From positions 224,001 to 288,000 of the forward strand of contig JAYFMW010000030.1 of NCBI GenBank assembly GCA_042408215.1: a stretch of 64,000 nt of DNA, written 5' to 3'. Below, piece after piece: positions 52,414-61,898 of this stretch. A model generated the notes under the pieces. It did not search any database, had not been told where the DNA came from, and saw only the letters and a program-made list of their open reading frames with translations. A program made the position numbers and the translations under genes. Within the stretch, counting starts at the first letter, position 1. The number at the start of each line of letters is the position of its first letter. The stretch comes from Microcoleus sp. GTDB taxonomy: Bacteria > Cyanobacteriota > Cyanobacteriia > Cyanobacteriales > Microcoleaceae.

Positions 52414-54222
52414 ATGGCACTAATTGTTCAGAAATATGGTGGTTCCTCGGTTGGTACTGTCTCGCGCATTCTTGAAGTAGCCCGACGAGTTGTAAAAACA
52501 GCACAGCTTGGCAACTCCCTAGTTGTCGTACTTTCAGCAATGGGGAAAACCACCGACGGTTTGGTTAAACTAGCTAAGGAAATTTCCGCAAATCCCAACA
52601 AGCGCGAAATGGATATGTTGCTCTCCACTGGGGAACAAGTGTCGATCGCACTTCTCAGTATGGCATTACAAGAACTCGGACAACCCGCCATATCCCTCAC
52701 AGGCGCTCAAGTTGGCATCGTCACCGAAGCCGCCCACACCCGCGCCCGGATTTTGCGGATCGATCCGACTCGGATTGAAAGCCAGCTAAACAGCGGTAAA
52801 GTCGTTGTGGTTGCGGGTTTCCAAGGCATTTCCGATGCCGAGGAAATGGAAATTACCACCTTGGGGCGAGGCGGTTCCGACACTTCAGCGGTAGCCCTAG
52901 CCGCAGCGTTGCGGGCCGACAGGTGCGAAATTTATACTGACGTGCCCGGAATTCTGACTACAGATCCGCGCCTGATTCCCGACGCCCAGTTGATGGACGA
53001 AATCACCTGCGACGAAATGCTGGAATTGGCGAGTTTGGGCGCAAAAGTCCTGCACCCCCGGGCGGTAGAAATTGCCAAAAATTACGGCGTGCCCTTGATA
53101 GTGCTGTCTAGTTGGAGTGACGCCCCCGGTACGCGGGTGGTGTCGCCCCCCCCCCAGCCACGCCCTTTGGAGGGCTTGGAGCTCGCAAAAGCGGTGGATG
53201 CGGTCGAATTTGACTTGGATCAGGCGGGGGTGTCGCTGCTGCGTTTGCCCGATCGCCCTGGAGTAGCAGCGCGGTTATTCGGTGCGATCGCCCAACAAAA
53301 TCTCGATGTAGACTTAATTATCCAGTCAATTCATGAAGGAAATACCAACGATATTGCCTTCACAGTAACGCGAAATTCTCTGCAACAAGCCGCCGCAGTT
53401 GCAGATGCCATTATTCCCACCCTCGGCAAGAATTCTCGCCCAGAATTGGGAGAACCGGAAGTGAAAACAGAAGAACGACCCATAGCTAAAGTTAGCATTG
53501 CAGGGGCGGGAATGATCGGGCGTCCGAGAGTAGCAGCCGAAATGTTTAAAACTTTAGCGGATGCGGGAATTAACATTCAAATGATTTCCACTTCCGAGGT
53601 GAAAGTTAGTTGTACGATCGATGCTACGGATTGCGATCGGGCAGTTGGCGAACTCTGCAAAACATTTGAGGTGGCCAATTCCCCTGTAGCGCTCAATTCC
53701 TCATCACCAAAACCCCCAGCAGTGCGGGCTGTAGCCCTCGATCTCAACCAAGCACGTTTAGCAATTCGCCATTTGCCCGATCGGCCCGGAGTAGCAGCAA
53801 AACTGTTCGGACTTTTAGCCGAAGAAAATATCAGCGTAGACATGATCATTCAGTCCCAGCGCTGCCACAATATTGACGGTATTTTAACTCGCGACATTGC
53901 ATTTACTGTCGCCCAAATGGATGCAGAAGCCGCTCAAACCGCCTTAGAAAAAGCAGCCCACGAGTTAGGATGGGGCGAAGTCGCAGTTGATACAGAAATT
54001 GCCAAAGTTAGCGTCGTCGGTTCCGGGATGATAGCGCATCCCGGAGTAGCCGCCAAAATGTTTGAAGCCCTTTCCCAGCACAAAATCAACATTCAAATGA
54101 TTGCAACTTCCGAGATTAAAATTAGCTGCGTTGTCGATGAAGAACAAGGCGTAATAGCTTTGCGCGCAATCCACACAGCATTTGAACTTGCCGGCACCGA
54201 AAAAATCCAAGTTCCCGCCTAA
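52414..54222 (+). CDS. lysC: Aspartate kinase (four ACT domains)
   Basis: [46 protein letters not shown]. Confidence 0.97.
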   Translation: MALIVQKYGGSSVGTVSRILEVARRVVKTAQLGNSLVVVLSAMGKTTDGLVKLAKEISANPNKREMDMLLSTGEQVSIALLSMALQELGQPAISLTGAQVGIVTEAAHTRARILRIDPTRIESQLNSGKVVVVAGFQGISDAEEMEITTLGRGGSDTSAVALAAALRADRCEIYTDVPGILTTDPRLIPDAQLMDEITCDEMLELASLGAKVLHPRAVEIAKNYGVPLIVLSSWSDAPGTRVVSPPPQPRPLEGLELAKAVDAVEFDLDQAGVSLLRLPDRPGVAARLFGAIAQQNLDVDLIIQSIHEGNTNDIAFTVTRNSLQQAAAVADAIIPTLGKNSRPELGEPEVKTEERPIAKVSIAGAGMIGRPRVAAEMFKTLADAGINIQMISTSEVKVSCTIDATDCDRAVGELCKTFEVANSPVALNSSSPKPPAVRAVALDLNQARLAIRHLPDRPGVAAKLFGLLAEENISVDMIIQSQRCHNIDGILTRDIAFTVAQMDAEAAQTALEKAAHELGWGEVAVDTEIAKVSVVGSGMIAHPGVAAKMFEALSQHKINIQMIATSEIKISCVVDEEQGVIALRAIHTAFELAGTEKIQVPA

Positions 54223-54242
54223 TACTTGTATGGCGGTTTTCG

Positions 54243-54725
54243 GTAGGGACACTCCAAGAGCCTATTAGTGTCAACTTAACGTCAAACCCTGTCATATCAA
54301 TTCCGTTTACACCGGAATGATATCATTTCGGATTTGATATATAGCAACCGCCAAGGTGGTTAAAGCATTTATGGTTATTGAACCCTTCGACTCCGCTCAG
54401 GGAGCAATGACCTTCTTCGCCTTGGCGACTGCTATACATATGTCATTGCGAGCTCAAGCGCGAAGCAATCGCAATCACTACGATATCATTCCGATGCTGC
54501 CGGAAGTGATATCACAGACTGCTGTTTAACTATTAAGCTTAGATCCCCCCTAGCCCCCAGGGCGGTTTCATTCTCAGGAAAATCGCGATTTTGTAGGGGT
54601 AGTGCTACCCCTACTCCCCGTACCCCCCCACCGACCCTCGAATGGGCGTTTGGACCATCTCGGCAACCACGGGGGGATTACCCCTACAAAGAATGAAACA
54701 GCCCGGCCCTAGCCCCCCTTAAGAA
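54243..54725. mobile_element. Russian-doll cluster of nested MITEs
   Basis: GTGTCAACTTAA-family repeat is split by a TCA-flanked TATCAATTCCG element (54295-54511), which contains a TATAGCAACCGCCAAG/CTTGGCGACTGCTATA element (54340-54436). A CAGGGCGGTTTCATTC/GAATGAAACAGCCC element follows. Confidence 0.8.
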
Positions 54726-54759
54726 GATTGGAATTATGCAGTTTTATGAGCAGCTAAAA

Positions 54760-55783
54760 AGTCGATTAAAATCCCCACTCTCGGAACATTTCGGCTAAAA
54801 GCATCAACACCATTCCCCTGCGTAGCACAGACATTCACTATTTAACGCACAGCAGATAAATGGTATATTTCCTTCGCAATCAAAGCCGAAAAGATGCCAC
54901 CGCTTTTCCATCTAGTTGCTGAACCCATAGGGATTGATATCAATTCCGGTTGTATCGGAATTAATCTTACCCGAAATCAGGACACGGCTTGGCCTTAGTC
55001 CCTACCGCGATCAATTGTAGGGACTAAGGCCAAGCCGTGTCCTCTATATCATTCCGGCGCAGCCGGAATTGATATGACTTAGGAGTATCAACTTTTGCTA
55101 CTATTTCCGATGGTAAGTTTTATGAGTCTCCCCGTCCACTGAAAAAAGCGAAAACCAAGCTGAGTAAAGAACAGTGGAGAAATCGGCAACAGCAATTAGG
55201 TAATAGAAACTTAGGTTTAAGAGGATATAATAATGCTCATAAACACTATCGTATAATCGCTAAAATTCACGCGAAAACAGCTAATTAACGGCGAGATTTT
55301 TTGCCAAGAACTACGACAAAAATTAGCTAGAAATATGCCCACATTCGCATCGAAGTTTTGAAGGTGAGCGAGATGGTTGCTAACCATAAGTTAGCAGCAG
55401 CTATTTCAGATTGTGGTTGCTCTGAATTTCGTCGTCAATTGGAATATAAGTCGGAAATGTATAGCACGAAAGTTGAGCTTTAGGGACACGGCGTGCCTTG
55501 TCCGTACTAAATAGATGGTTTCCTGCTTCTAAAACCTGTTTAAACTGCGGTCATACTCAACCGATGCCATTAAAAGAACGAGTTTTTGATTGTGGCTGTT
55601 GCGCTCTATTAATCAATCGAGATTTGAACGTCGCAATCAATTTATCTCGTTACTCAGAATTAGTAAGACCGGCTCGGTCGCTCCGTTACACCTGCGGACA
55701 AGCAGGAGCCGACTCCCTTGGTAGATGCAGTTCGAGAACATCAAATCTGCCATAGGTAGGTTTGAGTAGATTTCATAGAACGG
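54760..55783 (+). pseudogene. tnpB: Decayed IS607-type tnpB with right end
   Basis: Pieces KIPTLGTFRLK, ADKWYISF, GI/DLG (split by a MITE), RRDFL, ISDCG.SEFRRQLEYK, RWFPASKTCLNCG..CGCC..NRDLNVAINL; stops and frameshifts; ends GTAGATTTCATAGAACGG. Confidence 0.85.
54938..55074. mobile_element. TATCAATTCCGG-TIR MITE with TGA target duplication, inserted in the tnpB RuvC-I codons
   Basis: GGGAT-TGA|TATCAATTCCGG...CCGGAATTGATA|TGA-CTTAGGA; removal restores GGG ATT GAC TTA GGA (GIDLG). Confidence 0.85.
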
Positions 55784-55878
55784 ATCGGGGTCTTTTGTTT
55801 TGCAGAAAGTCGATCGCCCATCAGATCAAATCCGCGCTTCATCGTCCTGGTCAAGTCGAGTCAAGTCGCAACCATATA

Positions 55879-56094
55879 TATAGCAACCGCCAAGATGGTT
55901 AGGAAACTTCGACTGCGCGAGCATGCATCGCATTTTTGGTGATTGAGCCCAACGGCTGCGTTGATCCAGAGCGTAGTCGAAGGACTCAGGATCAACTCCG
56001 TCGAAATGTCCGGTTTCTGAGTGCTTTTCGACCGAGTTTATCCGCTCGCGGAGCCGAAGGGCTCAATCACCTAAGCGCCTTGGCGACTGCTATA
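55879..56094. mobile_element. TATAGCAACCGCCAAG/CTTGGCGACTGCTATA MITE (TA-flanked)
   Basis: Same termini as 54340-54436. Confidence 0.75.
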
Positions 56095-56596
56095 TCGAAG
56101 ATATATCAGCGCAATTTTCAGTTTTTCGACTCACTGTCAACCGTCAACTGTCAACTGTCAACAATCATCTCCAAGAGTGCAACCGGAATCGAGATCACCG
56201 TATTTACACCGAGAATCTGCGGTGAGTGGGTGAAGTGGTGAGGGGGTAGAGGGGGGATTTATGAGACATCGCGATCGCTCAACCCCTATAAAACACGGCA
56301 TTTTTAGCCATAATTGCCCAAATAAACAACTCATGCCCGATCGGAGTCCAAGTAGCTGAATCAACAAAAATCATGTTCTTCAGAATTTCCTCATATTTTT
56401 TAGCTAACGTTTAGTTCAAGGTCTTGAATTCGAGGTCGATCGTCGTTAGCAGCATCCCCCTGCTCAAGAACGAACCTGTCGTCAGGGGAGTGAGGGTGAG
56501 GGATTCTACTTTGAATTGACGACTGCGACAGCATTGCCACCTTCAGGTAAAGCCAAGTCTGAGTATTTATTGTTAAAGAGTGTGGAGATTTTTGAA

Positions 56597-56926
56597 ATGT
56601 CTAATCAGCTATCTTCTCAAGGTAACAGCCTGATTCTGTGCTATTACGCAAATGTTTCCCACCAAATTCAGGTGGTTCGGATTGGGAACATTCCGAATTG
56701 GTATTTTGAAAGGGTGATGTTTCCGGGACAGCGACTGATGTTTCAATCCTGGCCAGAAGCAGTATTAGAAATTCATACGGGTGCGGTAGCAAGTGCTATT
56801 TTATCAGACAAGATTCCTTGCTACGTGCTGCGGGTCATAGAAGAGATCAATGCTGATGAAGTACAAGATGAGGCAGAAGATGACGTAGAAGTTAGGGCCG
56901 TGGAGCAATATCCAGTCTGCGCCTGA
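56597..56926 (+). CDS. DUF1830 family protein
   Basis: ILCYYAN....IQVVRI.NIPNWYFERVMFPGQRLMF...EAVLEIH. Confidence 0.85.
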   Translation: MSNQLSSQGNSLILCYYANVSHQIQVVRIGNIPNWYFERVMFPGQRLMFQSWPEAVLEIHTGAVASAILSDKIPCYVLRVIEEINADEVQDEAEDDVEVRAVEQYPVCA

Positions 56927-56994
56927 TCGGATTAAATAGACATCTCTCATCGACTCAAGCAAGCACAAAAATATTAGTTAATTAATGTTTCAGG

Positions 56995-57354
56995 ATGGAA
57001 AAAATGCCTAAAACTCTTGTCAATATTACCTTATCTGTAGTCACGGAGGAAGTAGAAATTATCTTGGAGTCTTACCCCAGATATCCCTATCAAGAAGCTT
57101 TTTCACCTTCGGGCTTACGACAGGATTTAATTGCTTACGTGCTGAGCCGCGTTCCTAATACTTATAGTGCGATCGAAGCGTCTGAGTCTGCATCGAACCA
57201 AACAGTCCAGGTTCGCTGTTCCTCAGAGCAGTTGCTGCACATAGAAAACTTGATTCACACAGGAATTCGCGACGTGCTGTATAGCTATCACAAGATCGAC
57301 TACCTCGTTCCTGAAACAGTTAGATTCGGGGCGAGAGTTTCTAGTTGGTCGTGA
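56995..57354 (+). CDS. ComFB-like (late competence development) domain protein
   Basis: LVNITL..V.EEVE, QDLIAYVLSRVPNTY. Confidence 0.6.
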   Translation: MEKMPKTLVNITLSVVTEEVEIILESYPRYPYQEAFSPSGLRQDLIAYVLSRVPNTYSAIEASESASNQTVQVRCSSEQLLHIENLIHTGIRDVLYSYHKIDYLVPETVRFGARVSSWS

Positions 57355-57407
57355 TAGTTGGTCGGGCATCAGGGGAGGTTAACCAAGCCTAGACCAAGGG
57401 GATTTAT

Positions 57408-57702
57408 AAGAAATACCCTGAAAACCCTGTGACTTTAGTCCAGGGATGAAAGGGCGTGGCAGGATTTATCCTGCCTGCCCCATCTTGACAAACTGATTTT
57501 GGTTTGATAAAGTTGTTGAAACTTAGTTGGTGAAAAACCCGACAGTTGCAAGCCGTTAGGCACAAAAGTAGCCATAGACTCAGCCACTCGCTGTGTGGGT
57601 AGTGGGTATCTGACTTACCCTTTAAGAATTAAACTTTGGGCGGATTCATCCCCCAATGTTTGTCCTTAAGAATCCCCGCGTCTTCAGACCGGGGAGTGTC
57701 AA
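57408..57702 (+). mobile_element. Non-autonomous IS200/IS605 mini-element of the 9989-11536 family, with internal promoter
   Basis: TTTAT at 57403-57407; left end identical to the full element; TTGACA-N17-TAAAGT at 57485-57513; omega-RNA/right end ...GACCGGGGAGTGTCAA. Confidence 0.92.
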
Positions 57703-57767
57703 ACCTAGCTAGTTACCTGAGCAATTTTTGTGCTTCTATCTATCAAAACTCAGCTCAAATTAACCAA

Positions 57768-57832
57768 TAGCTAAACCCCAGTTACGAGTAAATATGCTAG
57801 GGCAATATTTACTTATAACTGGGGTTTAGCTA
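57768..57832. terminator. Long near-perfect hairpin downstream of the mini-element
   Basis: TAGCTAAACCCCAGTTA..AGTAAATAT / ATATTTACT..TAACTGGGGTTTAGCTA. Confidence 0.55.
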
Positions 57833-57905
57833 CGTGGAAAAGCTGAGATGAAGATGGATGGAAGCCTAATAAATATATCCTGAAAAAGTTCTTGGACAAT
57901 CCTGT

Positions 57906-58069
57906 TATATCATGTCCGGTGGATTAGCTGTCCCCCGTGAACTCCGTGAAGAATCTCGCCCGATACTTCGCTAAACGGCAGTTCATACTGAGTCCTGAGC
58001 CTTCCCCAGGCTCAGGACTCAGTATGACAAATACCGGTGCTCGTAAGTGATTAACCGGACTAGATATTA
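57906..58069. repeat. MITE-like element (ATATC.TGTCCGGT termini) with internal perfect hairpin
   Basis: ATATCATGTCCGGT ... ACCGGACTAGATAT; CATACTGAGTCCTGAGCCT/AGGCTCAGGACTCAGTATG. Confidence 0.6.
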
Positions 58070-58462
58070 AACCAGAACTCAGTTGGATTAAAGAAAAGGG
58101 AATTTGTTAAAAAATCACTCAATATGCTTTCGATAATTTAGGTAATGCGTTGGAAGGATTCTGCACAGATTACTATTACACGGGCTATGGTATCGCACCG
58201 ATAGCACCACCGCCACAGCCAGCGCCACAACCCTAATTGCACGGTTGCTCCGCCAAAGTGTTGCCAAAATGCCATCAAAGAGTCATCCCCACCGCTTTTT
58301 TGAGATCAGGTGTGGGGATGAATGGGAGTAAAAGCTCCATAGACGGAATAAAATATAGTGCGCTGTCACGCACCTTCCCAAGGCTCATTGACTTGATGGC
58401 TCGATCGTACATTGTGTAGATACAAACCGCTGATTTTTTTGGGGAAGAAGTTAAAGAAGATG

Positions 58463-58634
58463 TCAGAGTTTCTTCATCCAATATTTTAAGAGATTTTCTT
58501 TGACCATGTTTTGCCGCATAACTTCGATCAGGTATTCCTGAGCTTGGTCTTGGCTTAAGGTTTTAACTTGGTCGCGCAGCACTTGCAGTTTGAACTGCTG
58601 TTCCATGCTCAGACTGGTTGTAGGGCATATCCAT
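58463..58634 (-). pseudogene. nblA: Phycobilisome degradation adaptor NblA with +1 frameshift near the 5' end (intact 47-aa ORF 58463-58606)
   Basis: GGAGG RBS then ATG GAT ATG CCC TAC.. The body SLSMEQQFKLQVLRDQVKTLSQDQAQEYLIEVMRQNMVKENLLKYWMKKL is in the +1 frame. Confidence 0.8.
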
Positions 58635-58869
58635 AAATCGCTCCTCCAGTTTCCTACGTGAGATTAATCGAGGTGAGATATATCAGATTGACGTTTCGCA
58701 GGATTTGTTGTATTCCTCTAGTGTAAACTATCATAACTTTTGCTTGACAATCTGTCCAAAATACACATTTTGTAACTAATTTGTGTGGCAAAAGTACATC
58801 TAAGTGGGGGGAGCTTTATCATAAAAAAACGTACAAACCGGGAAGCTTAAGCCAAAGGAGCTATTTATT

Positions 58870-59466
58870 ATGGATGCAATGGAGTTTTTTCAGAGCAGTG
58901 CAGGGGAGTGGCGATCGCAGCGCAGCACTCACCATCTCGCTTTCCGCCAAGCGGAGGTGGGGGATTCAAATATTCAGGTGACGACCCTGGGCGCAGATGA
59001 CGCGCGAGTGGCAGAGATTTGTCAGATGCACGAAGTTGACCCGATTCGCGCGGCTGGGGGGGCTTTTGTGACTTGGCACGGCTCGATGGCGTGGGATAAG
59101 GATGATGAGAATCACAAGGGCTCTACGGTGTTCGCGATCGTCCCCGATCCTGAAAATCCGCGGCAGGGTTTGATGTTGCGAGAACGGGGCTATGCGGAAA
59201 TTATGCCGGTGGCGGGCCGTTTTGAGATGGACGATCAGGATGGATTGCTGCTGATTACGGAATACGAGACGATGAGTTCGATCGAGCGTTTCTGGTTTGC
59301 TAATCCGAATGTGCGGATGCGGACAAGTTCGGTAAAGCGCTTTGGGGGTTTCAGCACTTCGACTTTTTGTACGGAAATTCGGGTGGAACCGGATGCGGAT
59401 GCAGCGAAGCAAGTAGCAGAGGAGCAGGCAGTCACCACCGAGTTTTACTCGGCTCTAGGCTGGTAA
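58870..59466 (+). CDS. cpcS: Phycobiliprotein lyase CpcS/CpeS
   Basis: EFFQSSAGEWRSQRSTHHL, RERGYAE, ERFWFANPNVRMR, FCTEIR. Confidence 0.93.
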   Translation: MDAMEFFQSSAGEWRSQRSTHHLAFRQAEVGDSNIQVTTLGADDARVAEICQMHEVDPIRAAGGAFVTWHGSMAWDKDDENHKGSTVFAIVPDPENPRQGLMLRERGYAEIMPVAGRFEMDDQDGLLLITEYETMSSIERFWFANPNVRMRTSSVKRFGGFSTSTFCTEIRVEPDADAAKQVAEEQAVTTEFYSALGW

Positions 59467-59598
59467 TTTAGTCATTATGTCATTAGTCATTAGTCATTGG
59501 TCATTACTTTGGCTTCGTTCGCCAGAGACCGGGAACGAGAGTAACTACTGACTAATGACTACTGACTAATGACTGCTGACTTCCCACAGTCAACAAAT

Positions 59599-59616
59599 GT
59601 TACAGATTGTTGCAAA
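59599..59616 (+). promoter_or_regulatory. HLR1-like (RpaB) direct repeat upstream of cpcG
   Basis: GTTACAGA-TT-GTTGCAAA vs (G/T)TTACA(T/A)(T/A)-N2 repeat. Confidence 0.45.
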
Positions 59617-59740
59617 AATTCAGGAAAATCAGATTTAGATTGCGGGAATCCCCTAATCTGTATGTTGGTTAGTTGTATCATTACGCTGGCCGATCGCAGT
59701 GTCAACTATTTCTGAAATTTGAGATAACGGAGATTATAAC

Positions 59741-60499
59741 GTGGCGCTACCTTTGTTGAACTACGCTCCTAAGAGCCAGAACCAGCGCGTAGCTGGTTAT
59801 GAAGTGGGAGGCGACGAGCAGCCGAGAATTTTCACAACTGAAAATGTGCTCTCGTCCGGGAACATGGAAAATTTGATTTGGGCTGCATATCGCCAGATTT
59901 ACAGCGAACACCAAATCCTCAAGAGCAACCGCCAAACGTCTTTGGAGTCGCAACTCAAGTTCGGCCAAATTACGGTGCGGGATTTTATTCGCGGTTTGGC
60001 TACTTCGTCTCCTTTCTTGGAACGGAATTACCAAACTAACAGTAACTACCGGTTTGCGGAAATGTGCGTGCAGCGCATTTTGGGCCGGGATGTTTACAGC
60101 GAGCGCGAAAAGATTGCTTGGTCGATCGTAATTGCCAATAAGGGGCCTCAAGGGTTTATTGACGAGTTGGTCAATAGCGATGAGTACCTGAACAAGTTCG
60201 GCTACGATACAGTACCTTACCAGCAGCGCCGCATCTTGCCTCAACGAGTTGGAGGCGAAACACCTTTCAACTTGAAGACACCTCGCTACGGTGAGTACCA
60301 CCGTTCGCAGCTTGGTTTCCCCCAAATCATTTGGCAGAGCACAGTTCGCCGTTTTGTTCCTCAAGAACTACAGCCGAAGGCTGGCGATCCGTCGAACTAT
60401 TTGGCTATGGCCCGGAATATGCCGGTGCCTGCTACTCCGCCGCAGCGGGTGCCACTGGCTAATATCAATATCGAGACGATGGTTCCCCGCCGCCGGTAA
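59741..60499 (+). CDS. cpcG: Phycobilisome rod-core linker
   Basis: [48 protein letters not shown]. Confidence 0.96.
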   Translation: MALPLLNYAPKSQNQRVAGYEVGGDEQPRIFTTENVLSSGNMENLIWAAYRQIYSEHQILKSNRQTSLESQLKFGQITVRDFIRGLATSSPFLERNYQTNSNYRFAEMCVQRILGRDVYSEREKIAWSIVIANKGPQGFIDELVNSDEYLNKFGYDTVPYQQRRILPQRVGGETPFNLKTPRYGEYHRSQLGFPQIIWQSTVRRFVPQELQPKAGDPSNYLAMARNMPVPATPPQRVPLANINIETMVPRRR

Positions 60500-60627
60500 T
60501 TGATAGTGCCTGGTGCGCTTAATTGTGTCGGGCGATCGACTTTTAGTCTGAAAAAATTTTGAGTTTTGAGTTTTGAGGTTTGAGTTTTTTAGGAAACTTG
60601 GAATCCAAAACTCAGAACTCATATTTT

Positions 60628-60742
60628 TTAGTCATTAGTCATTAGTCATTAGTCATTAGTCATTAGTCATTAGTCATTAGTAACAAATAACAAATAACAA
60701 ATAACAAATAACAAATAACAAGTAACAAGTAACAAGTAACAA
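60628..60742. repeat. STRR heptamer arrays (TAGTCAT; TAACAAA/TAACAAG)
   Basis: Direct inspection. Confidence 0.9.
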
Positions 60743-60745
60743 TTA

Positions 60746-61708
60746 TCAATTATTAGCTCGCAGCCGCAGTATTTTTAATAGAGTATTGAATTGAGCTGGC
60801 AAAGGTGCGATCGCCTCGATCAATTCTCCTGATATTGGATGCTGCAACGTCAGTTGCCATGCGTGGAGGGCTTGTCCGGTTAAATTGACGCCGATAGAAC
60901 GGTTGGAACTGTACATCGGGTCGCCGATAATCGGATGTTTGATCTCGGCTGTGTGAACGCGAATTTGATGGGTGCGACCGGTTTCTAATTGATAGTGAAT
61001 CAGGCTGTAGTTGCCGAGTCTTTCTTTGATTGTCCAGTGAGTAATTGCGGGGCGGCCGCCTTTTTCTACTGGTACTATGCCCATTTTTTTGCGGTCTGTG
61101 GGATGCCGTCCGATTGGTAAGTCGATCGTGCCTGTTTCGGCGTTAGGAATGCCGTAAACTATGCCTAAATATTCGCGGCGGGCGGTTTTGGCTTTCAGTT
61201 GGGCTTGTAGGTGTTGGTGGGCCATGTCGGTTTTGGCGATCGCGATCGCTCCTGTTGTATCTTTGTCTAATCTGTGTACGATTCCCGGCCTTTGGACTCC
61301 GCCGATTGCTGCTAGGGGACAGTGGGCTAAAAGGGCGTTAACTAATGTGCCGTCTGGATGTCCGGCGGCGGGGTGGACGACTAATCCGGCGGGTTTGTTG
61401 ATGATAATTAGGCTGTCGTCTTCGTAGAGTATGTCGAGGGGAATTGCTTCAGGCTGTAATTTTGTGGGCTGGGTTTCGGGTAAAGTGAGGTGGATGCGAT
61501 CGCCCGTTTTTACTGATATTTTTTTCGAGGTGCAAGTTTCGTCATTGACTTTGACGTTACCTTGTGATATGAGGGTTTGAACGCGCGATCGGGATAAATC
61601 TGGGTTCTGATTTGACAGCCAAATATCTAATCGTTGATTGACTTTAGTATGATTAAATTCCTCTGTATTTTCGACTGTGTACATTTGTTCTGTGTCTATT
61701 TCTATCAT
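60746..61708 (-). CDS. rluD: RluD-type pseudouridine synthase (S4 + RluA domain)
   Basis: RLD, SRSRVQ, NKPAGLVVHP, IVHRLDKDTTG, ETGRTHQIRVH. Confidence 0.92.
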   Translation of the reverse strand: MIEIDTEQMYTVENTEEFNHTKVNQRLDIWLSNQNPDLSRSRVQTLISQGNVKVNDETCTSKKISVKTGDRIHLTLPETQPTKLQPEAIPLDILYEDDSLIIINKPAGLVVHPAAGHPDGTLVNALLAHCPLAAIGGVQRPGIVHRLDKDTTGAIAIAKTDMAHQHLQAQLKAKTARREYLGIVYGIPNAETGTIDLPIGRHPTDRKKMGIVPVEKGGRPAITHWTIKERLGNYSLIHYQLETGRTHQIRVHTAEIKHPIIGDPMYSSNRSIGVNLTGQALHAWQLTLQHPISGELIEAIAPLPAQFNTLLKILRLRANN

Positions 61709-61898
61709 TTAGTTTCTACTGTCACTTGCCAAGTATCTAAAGTGGTGTCGATAATGCGAGCTAGATTTGTCTGAGAATTAATAATGAGACTCGTGCATCA
61801 AAACCAAAGAAACCGGGTTTTTGTCAGATGCCAAGGCTGTAATCAAAGATACTGATAAAAACCCGGTTTCTGACTACCCGTAAGTAATTCCTGTGAAA

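Noticed and set aside
58138..58481. Short ORFs downstream of nblA
   Set aside because: No recognisable motifs or RBS; possibly gene debris.
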